From Candidatus Sericytochromatia bacterium (GTDB lineage: Bacteria > Cyanobacteriota > Sericytochromatia > S15B-MN24 > VGJW01): a stretch of DNA of 64,000 bases. This document shows, in pieces, positions 58,011 to 64,000 of the stretch; positions within the stretch are counted from its first letter, which is position 1, and each line of letters begins with the position of its first letter. The DNA is taken from the NCBI GenBank assembly GCA_035285865.1, contig JAYKHS010000006.1:1-64000 (forward strand), given 5' to 3'. The notes beneath the pieces were generated by a model that had not been told where the DNA came from, did no database searches, and saw only the letters and a list, made by a program, of their open reading frames with translations. A program made the position numbers and the translations under genes.

Positions 58011-58238
58011 GTGCCCCAGCCCGCCCTGCGCCAGCGCATCCGTGTCCGTCACGAGGATGGCACGGTGATGGAGCTGGACCGTGATCCGGCGCGTGAGGTC
58101 GGTGAACTGGTGACGGCCGACGCCTTGGCTTGGCCCGGTGCGCCTGTGAAGTTTCTCGTGACGGCCAAGTCCTTGGCCCCGGGGTCTGACGTCGAGCCTT
58201 CCGAGATCGTTTACGAGGTTCGTCCGCTCGGAGCCTGA
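58011..58238 (+). CDS. Small hypothetical beta protein
   Basis: GAGG RBS + GTG, extended -10 TGCTAGCCT, followed by a hairpin. Confidence 0.6.
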   Translation: MPQPALRQRIRVRHEDGTVMELDRDPAREVGELVTADALAWPGAPVKFLVTAKSLAPGSDVEPSEIVYEVRPLGA

Positions 58239-58239
58239 A

Positions 58240-58265
58240 CGGCCGACCCGTTGCCGGATCGGCCG
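58240..58265. terminator. Hairpin between convergent genes
   Basis: CGGCCGACCCG-TTGC-CGGATCGGCCG. Confidence 0.55.
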
Positions 58266-58288
58266 CTCTCGTCCGTGAAACCCGGGCC

Positions 58289-59404
58289 CTACTTCAGGAT
58301 GAATCCTACGCCGACCTCGTAGGTGAAGCCGCCGACGTCGACCGTGTTGTCGAGACCATTGGCGGTCGCCTGACGAATCGCCTTCTGCGCCGGGAAGTTG
58401 ACAAATCCCAGATTCAGGAAAGTTTCCGGGGTGAACCGGAACATCAGGCCGCCCTTGGTCAGCAGGGCGTTGCGGAAGTCGTTGTCGCCCACGAGGAAGC
58501 CCTGGCCGAGACCACCGTACAGGTTCACCACCCGATTTTTGGTTTCCTTGTAGAAGAGCGGATCGAGGGATAGCAGGAAGGCCGCATTCACGTTGTAGAG
58601 CTGCACGCTGATGTTCGGCTTGACCGGACGTCCCAGCGAGGAAAACCCGCCCTCGATTCCGAACGCGAAGTTCTCGAGGAAGCTGCTCTGGCGCAGGAGG
58701 CCCAGACTGAGGCCGAGGCTGCCGTCCGCAGTCTCGGGCGTGCCGGTGCCGGGATTGCCACGCGAGGTCGACAGGCCCTGGAAGATGCCGCTGACATACA
58801 GCCCGGAATCGCCGTAGCGACGATCCTCCTCGGCTTTCTGGCGTCGCTCGGCGACGAGGTCGCGGTTCGGCTCGGTCTGGAAGCTCTTGGACCAGACGAT
58901 GGCCCCGTCCAACGCACGGACGAGCTTGAAGTTGACGATGACGTTCTTGCCCGTGCCCATCGTGTGCCACATCAGGACACCGTCGACGCCCAGCTGATGG
59001 CCGATCTCGGCGAGGCGGGCATTGCTCTCGATGGTGTTCGAGTAGCTGAAGCTCTTGTCATCGGACACCACGCGCGGAGTCCTGCATTCGCGGCATTCGA
59101 CCACGCGGAAACGGTTGGTGCGGATCAGTTCGTCGGTGATGCGCGATTCAATCAGCGAGTTCAGCTCGGGGAACCGATCCTGTCGGGTTTCCCGGAAGAC
59201 CACCACTTTGACGAGGCCTGGATCGACCGTCCGGATGGAATCCGGAAAGCCGGCGAAGAGTTGGTCGAACAGTGCCGGACTGGTCAGCATCGCCACGGCA
59301 GGGTCTTCGTTACCGACCTGCCTTGAGTCGGCGGCAAGGGCCGCGGGCGCTTGCAGGCCAAGGACGGCCAGACTGGTGAGGGTGAGGAACGTGCGACGGA
59401 TCAT
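58289..59404 (-). CDS. Exported protein: CsgG/FlgO/TolB-N-like alpha/beta domain plus a C-terminal OMP-like beta-barrel
   Basis: MIRRTFL signal; ITDELIRTNRFRVVE, LAEIGHQLGVDGVL, VNFKLVRALDGAIVWSKSF; C-terminal alternating strands ending YEVGVGFILK. Confidence 0.75.
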   Translation of the reverse strand: MIRRTFLTLTSLAVLGLQAPAALAADSRQVGNEDPAVAMLTSPALFDQLFAGFPDSIRTVDPGLVKVVVFRETRQDRFPELNSLIESRITDELIRTNRFRVVECRECRTPRVVSDDKSFSYSNTIESNARLAEIGHQLGVDGVLMWHTMGTGKNVIVNFKLVRALDGAIVWSKSFQTEPNRDLVAERRQKAEEDRRYGDSGLYVSGIFQGLSTSRGNPGTGTPETADGSLGLSLGLLRQSSFLENFAFGIEGGFSSLGRPVKPNISVQLYNVNAAFLLSLDPLFYKETKNRVVNLYGGLGQGFLVGDNDFRNALLTKGGLMFRFTPETFLNLGFVNFPAQKAIRQATANGLDNTVDVGGFTYEVGVGFILK

Positions 59405-59438
59405 CGGGGTCACCTGAATCAGGGTTTGGTGGCAGGGA

Positions 59439-61133
59439 TCAGCGGCGGGAACGGGTGTTGATGCGGCCCAGGCTCTGTCGGACTTCCGCCATGCCGGGGT
59501 CGAGATCGAGGGCACGGGACCAGGAGATGCGAGCGAGTCCGAGGTCTCCCATCTTGTAGTAGATGGAGCCTTGGAGCGCCAGCACCTGCGCGTTATCCGG
59601 AGCGAGATCGAGGGCCCGGGCCACCTCGGCGAGTGCCTTGTCGTATTTGCCGGCATAGGCAAGGCGTTGTGCCGAGGCGTAGTGGCGCTGGATCTCGCTC
59701 GCCAGAGCGGCCACCTCACCCGGCGATGGCGTCAGGACGACCACCGGGGGTGAGGGATAGGGCGGCGGCGTCGGATACGGAGGAGGCGTCGGGTAGGTCG
59801 GGAACTTGAAGTCCGTGGGCAATTTGTTCTCGATCTCGATCTTGGAAACCGACTCGACGCGGGAGCGTTCGTTGACCTCGCTGCGTTGGGTGGCATCCGA
59901 CCGGATGGTGCTGTCGCTACGGATGTTGGTGTCCGAGCGATTGTCCTGCCGTGCGTTGCTGTCCTGCTGTACCCGTGATTCGGAACGCTGCATGCCGGCG
60001 GGTCCGTAGCCTTCACCGCCCATCGTGCCCTGGGGCATGCGCACCACCGCTGGTTCGGCCACGGCGGGCTTCGGGTCAGGACTCGGCTCGGGTGGCACCA
60101 CGACCTTCATGTAGAGGTCACGATCTTCCGGGAACAGCAGGCTCTCCAGGTCCACGGAGCTGCCCTTTCGCTTCAGGCGGATGAAGTCGCCGCCTTGTCG
60201 CGGGGGATCGGCCTGCACCGCAGGAGCCGCCGCCGGTGCGGCAGGTGCCGCTGCCTGCACCACGGGCCTTGCGACCGGTACGAACTCGTCCAGCCGGGGG
60301 ACCCGCGGTGTCGGTTCGGAGACGAAGCGGAAGGCCGGAGCCGGTGTTTCGCCTGGCTGTCTGGCATAAGGATTCGGCCTGGGCGCCGCAATCGGCGCTG
60401 CGCCGGGGGCCGGTGGCGGAGCAAGCCTGCCGGTGGCAGGAAGGGAGCGTTGGGGTTGGGGTGAAGGTGAAGGAGTTGCGGCAGCCACCACGGGGTCGGC
60501 GATGGCTCTCCCGGGCATGACCGGGGCCAGAGGTGACGGCGGCAGGGGATTGACGGCTGCAGGGGGCACGGGCGGCGGAGCGACGGGCACGGAGGCCTGT
60601 TCCGTGGGCGTTGGCTCGAGGGGCGTCTCCGCGGGAACGGGCTCTTCAGGAGAGGATGCGGTGACCGGTCCGGGCGCCGCTGGAGCCGTCTGGGGGGCCG
60701 TTTCGTTTGGCGTTCCCTCGACTGGTTGCGGTTCGTCGGGCAACAACGCCGCCATGGCCACCTCGGGCGCAAGGGGTTCGTTGGTGGCGGCCACCGGGAC
60801 TTCCGGTGCCGAAGCCTGCCCCCCGACCTCGCCGGGCTTGCCGGTCACGCCTGATGAGACGTCGACGACTTCACGAAGGCGGCCCTCCTCGAAGCGGAGG
60901 ACGTAGCGGGCTCCACCGGGTTGGCCATAAGTCATCTCTTCGACCTTGCCTTCGGTGCCGCCTGTCATCTGGGAGAGGGGCGTGCCCAGAAACTCGACGA
61001 CCTTCTCGGGGCTCATGCCCGGGCGGAGGTCGCCGATGTGCTCGACGGCCGGATGGGCGAGCGCAGGCAAGAGCTCGCCCATCAGGCTCGCGGCGAGGCC
61101 AAGCGCCAGCAGGGAGGAACGACGGGAACGCAT
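59439..61133 (-). CDS. Exported protein: SmpA/BamE-like N-domain, Pro-rich linker, hexad repeats, C-terminal TPR
   Basis: LRPGMSPEKVVEFLGTP..YVLRFEEGRL; GKYDKALAEVARALDLAPDN..GSIYYKMGD..WSRALDLDP. Confidence 0.8.
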   Translation of the reverse strand: MRSRRSSLLALGLAASLMGELLPALAHPAVEHIGDLRPGMSPEKVVEFLGTPLSQMTGGTEGKVEEMTYGQPGGARYVLRFEEGRLREVVDVSSGVTGKPGEVGGQASAPEVPVAATNEPLAPEVAMAALLPDEPQPVEGTPNETAPQTAPAAPGPVTASSPEEPVPAETPLEPTPTEQASVPVAPPPVPPAAVNPLPPSPLAPVMPGRAIADPVVAAATPSPSPQPQRSLPATGRLAPPPAPGAAPIAAPRPNPYARQPGETPAPAFRFVSEPTPRVPRLDEFVPVARPVVQAAAPAAPAAAPAVQADPPRQGGDFIRLKRKGSSVDLESLLFPEDRDLYMKVVVPPEPSPDPKPAVAEPAVVRMPQGTMGGEGYGPAGMQRSESRVQQDSNARQDNRSDTNIRSDSTIRSDATQRSEVNERSRVESVSKIEIENKLPTDFKFPTYPTPPPYPTPPPYPSPPVVVLTPSPGEVAALASEIQRHYASAQRLAYAGKYDKALAEVARALDLAPDNAQVLALQGSIYYKMGDLGLARISWSRALDLDPGMAEVRQSLGRINTRSRR

Positions 61134-61136
61134 CGT

Positions 61137-63134
61137 CTAGCCCTCCGCCAGCGTCTTCATCGAGAACCGACCTTGGCGGACCATGTCGCGGATTCGGCCG
61201 ACGACCTCGCGACGGGCTGCCTCGGCACCCTCCGGGTCCACCGGCTGGCCTTCCAGGCGCTCCAGCGCGTCCATCAGCAGGGCGCGACGCTTGTCCGTCA
61301 TCGCACCGAGCACGGCTTCCTGCAGGGGCTCCTCGGCGTCCCTGATGGCCTGGGCCACGATGCCCGGATCCAGTTCGCGCACGGCATCCTTGATGACGGC
61401 AGCGGGCAGGCGAGGCAGATCCACGAACGTCAGGTACAGCTCGCGGACCTTGCGCATCATGTCCGGGTTCTGGGTCTTCAGGTTGTCGAGAATGCGCTGC
61501 TCCGTCGTGGCGTCCGCATTGTCGAGGATATTGACGAGGAGGCCGACCCCATCCGTGACGACGGCGCTGAAGGACGGCGCCTGCGCCGCCTTCATGGCCA
61601 GTTTTTCGGCGATGCTCTCGAAGGTCGTCAGCGGGATCGATTCGAGTTCGCCAAGTGCGGTCGCCACAGGACCCTGCTCTTCGACGGGCCACTTGGCCAT
61701 CAGGCCGGCAGCCCGCTTGTATGCCAATTGGGACAAAACGAGGGCCCGGACCTTGGCGCCTTCGTCCTGCAGGATCCAGAGCACCTGAGAGTCATCGATG
61801 CGATCGAGGAAACCAAACGGAGCCAGCTTGCGCCCGGCCTGAGCGCCTTGCTCGGCCTTGGCGGCGATCAGCATCGGATAGGCCTCTTCGAGCACGGCCA
61901 TCGCTTCCTCGGAAGGTACCTCACGGGTCGAAAGCAGCGCGGCTTCCACCCGCGTGCGTTCGTCGTCCGCGAGGCCGGGGACCGTCCGGGCTGCCTGAGC
62001 CATGCCCAGCACCCGGAGCAGATTCGCGACCTTTTGCAGGCCCTCTTCCTTGCGGGCCAGACCGGCCACCATCGGAGCCGCGAGTTCGGGCTGCTCCAGC
62101 AGCATGGCCACGATTTCCTGGCGAAGCGCCTGCAAGGCCCTGGCGGCCCGCTGTTCCTCGGCTGTGGGACCCGCAGGCTGCGTCGGCTCCTTGGTCTGCT
62201 GGGGCAGCAGGGCGGAGGCCCACGCCGGCGGCGCCTCTGCGCCCGGTGTGGCGTCCGGCTTGCGCTTGCGCAGCAGGGCGAACAGCCCCATCACGAGGCC
62301 CAGACCAAGCAGCCCGAGCAGCGCAGCCAGCAGGTTGCGGATGGTCGGGTCGGTCTCGCCGGCCACCGGTGCGTTCCCTGCGGCAAGCGGGGCTGCGAGC
62401 GGCAGACCCGATGCCGCGGCCACGCTGTCCGTGCCCGTCGCCGCGATGGCTGCGGCTTTCTGCAGCGTGGGCGGGAACTGGCGGTTCATGATCTCCAGGC
62501 TGTCTCCGCGGGCGAAATTGAGATCCGCCTTCTGGTAGATGAGCTTTTCGATGAAGTCACGCTCTTCCTGAGCGAGATTCTTTTCGATGACGGTCAGGAT
62601 TCGGACACGGTCGATGCGCAGACCGCTGACTTCCGAAGATGGGACGGCCGCAACCTGCTGGCCCACCGGGGGCAGGGAGGGTGGCGCCGCAACGGGCTGC
62701 GCCGCAGGGCGCGCCGCCGCCGGACGCGCCGGTAGCCCGGGCAGATCCACCTCTTCGGGATCCAGCGGTTCCGTGCCGGGCAGGTTCGCCGTCAGGGCGG
62801 GCTGGAGCGGGGGAGGCAGGACCTGCAAGGGCTTGGGTGCCTGACCGGGGAGGCGCTGCATCCTGACCCGCACCTGCACGATGAAGCGGTCATTGCCCAG
62901 ATAGGAGGCCATGGCCTGTTTCAGGCTCTCCTCCAGCAACTTCTCGTAACTGAGTTCCTCGAGTACGACCCCGTCATGCCGGGCGTCCGCGGGCCCAGCA
63001 GGCAACTGGGCAAGAGCGGGCTGGGGCAGCGCCGCCGGCAGCAGGGCTGCGACCGCCACGCAGGCCGCACGCAGGGCGCCAGCGGTCGGCAAGACACTCG
63101 TCGGAAGGGGCCAAGGGGCTCGCATGCGGGTCAC
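61137..63134 (-). CDS. FliF(RBM3+TM+C-terminal)-FliG fusion protein with a signal peptide
   Basis: [11 protein letters not shown] and [20 protein letters not shown] (FliF-like); TM at aa 268-288; [13 protein letters not shown] (FliG-N), PFGFL..ALVLSQL (FliG-M), [16 protein letters not shown] (FliG-C). Confidence 0.85.
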   Translation of the reverse strand: MTRMRAPWPLPTSVLPTAGALRAACVAVAALLPAALPQPALAQLPAGPADARHDGVVLEELSYEKLLEESLKQAMASYLGNDRFIVQVRVRMQRLPGQAPKPLQVLPPPLQPALTANLPGTEPLDPEEVDLPGLPARPAAARPAAQPVAAPPSLPPVGQQVAAVPSSEVSGLRIDRVRILTVIEKNLAQEERDFIEKLIYQKADLNFARGDSLEIMNRQFPPTLQKAAAIAATGTDSVAAASGLPLAAPLAAGNAPVAGETDPTIRNLLAALLGLLGLGLVMGLFALLRKRKPDATPGAEAPPAWASALLPQQTKEPTQPAGPTAEEQRAARALQALRQEIVAMLLEQPELAAPMVAGLARKEEGLQKVANLLRVLGMAQAARTVPGLADDERTRVEAALLSTREVPSEEAMAVLEEAYPMLIAAKAEQGAQAGRKLAPFGFLDRIDDSQVLWILQDEGAKVRALVLSQLAYKRAAGLMAKWPVEEQGPVATALGELESIPLTTFESIAEKLAMKAAQAPSFSAVVTDGVGLLVNILDNADATTEQRILDNLKTQNPDMMRKVRELYLTFVDLPRLPAAVIKDAVRELDPGIVAQAIRDAEEPLQEAVLGAMTDKRRALLMDALERLEGQPVDPEGAEAARREVVGRIRDMVRQGRFSMKTLAEG

Positions 63135-63242
63135 CGGGACAGAGGTTCGGGGAAGGATCTTTCGGCCAATCCGGACCTAGGATCAGGCGACCGGAGCTGT
63201 GTTGGACATCACCATACCCCATGCGCCATGCTCTCAAAAGCC

Positions 63243-64000
63243 ATGAGGGAGAGAACCGTCCGCAACCGGCGGTCCCGGGGCCGGATCTGGTACCTGGATG
63301 GTCACGCCACGACGCCCGTCGCCGACGAGGTCCTGACGGCCATGCTGCCATGGTTCTCCGAGCGGTTCGGAAATCCGTCCTCCGACGGCCACGCATGGGG
63401 GTGGGAGGCTCGCGGAGGCCTTGATGCGGCCCGAGAGCGCTTGGCTGGCTTGATGGCCGTGGAGCCTCGGGAAGTGGTTTTCACCAGTGGGGCCACGGAG
63501 GCCAACCATCTGGCCCTGATGGGTGTCCTCGAGGCGGCGGGTCCCGGTGCGCGACTGATCTGCCAGCCCACCGAGCACGCCTCGGTGCTCGAGGTGGCCG
63601 AACGTTGGGCGCGCGCGGGCGGGACCGTGACGATGCTGCCTGTCGACGGCCAAGGGCGTGTCGCGCCGGAGGCCCTCGAGGCCGCCCTGCGCCAGCCTGC
63701 AGCCCTGGTATCGGTGATGGCGGCGAACAACGAAATTGGCACCCTCCAGCCCTTGGCCAGTCTGGGCCACATCTGCCGGGCAGCAGGGGTGCCGTTGCAT
63801 GCCGATGCCGCTCAGGTACCCGGACGCCTGCCCCTGGCAGACGTGGCCCCCCACGTGGCGATGTTGTCGTTGTCCGCCCACAAGGCCTACGGCCCGAAAG
63901 GGGTCGGCGTGCTGATGGTGCGCCGGCGAGGGCCTCGTGTCCGATTGGAGCCGCAGGTTCCCGGGGGTGGGCAGGAGTGGGGACGACGGGGCGGAACCGT
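63243..64000 (+). CDS. Cysteine desulfurase (IscS/NifS family), truncated by the window end
   Basis: Own translation: [58 protein letters not shown]. Confidence 0.92.
   Translation, partial: MRERTVRNRRSRGRIWYLDGHATTPVADEVLTAMLPWFSERFGNPSSDGHAWGWEARGGLDAARERLAGLMAVEPREVVFTSGATEANHLALMGVLEAAGPGARLICQPTEHASVLEVAERWARAGGTVTMLPVDGQGRVAPEALEAALRQPAALVSVMAANNEIGTLQPLASLGHICRAAGVPLHADAAQVPGRLPLADVAPHVAMLSLSAHKAYGPKGVGVLMVRRRGPRVRLEPQVPGGGQEWGRRGGT

Noticed and set aside
57864..58970. 5' extension of the 494-aa ORF 57486-58970
   Set aside because: Overlaps the 58289-59404 gene in another frame and the small + strand gene; only the last ~125 codons look coding.
1..64000. CRISPR arrays, IS elements, prophage, rRNA
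   Set aside because: No regularly spaced repeats, transposases, phage genes or rRNA-like sequence were seen.

Overview
GC-rich bacterial chromosome segment with about 62 protein-coding genes and one tRNA-Thr(CGT). I found no mobile element, prophage or CRISPR array. The gene order is Terrabacteria-like (hpt-rimP-nusA-ylxR-infB-rbfA-nrnA-truB; rpiB-glyA-wecA-wecB; rplS-ylqF), RplS and LepB look cyanobacterial, and outer-membrane barrels and flagellar genes are present. Together these suggest a non-photosynthetic relative of Cyanobacteria such as Ca. Sericytochromatia (inference). Other content: a BMP-type nucleoside ABC transporter, a flaG-fliD-fliS-fliT operon with a sigma28-like promoter, a GT4/glucosidase pair, tsaD, queA, dusB, fadI-fadJ and several unknown envelope proteins. 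The standout is a three-gene operon at 58289-63134. It encodes (i) a signal-peptide-bearing single-chain fusion of a stripped-down FliF ring domain to FliG that has lost the FliM-binding EHPQ motif, (ii) a BamE-like/Pro-rich/TPR periplasmic protein, and (iii) a CsgG/FlgO-like plus beta-barrel protein. This is a candidate non-flagellar trans-envelope rotor-derived machine. All product calls come from motif recognition by eye; no database searches were run.
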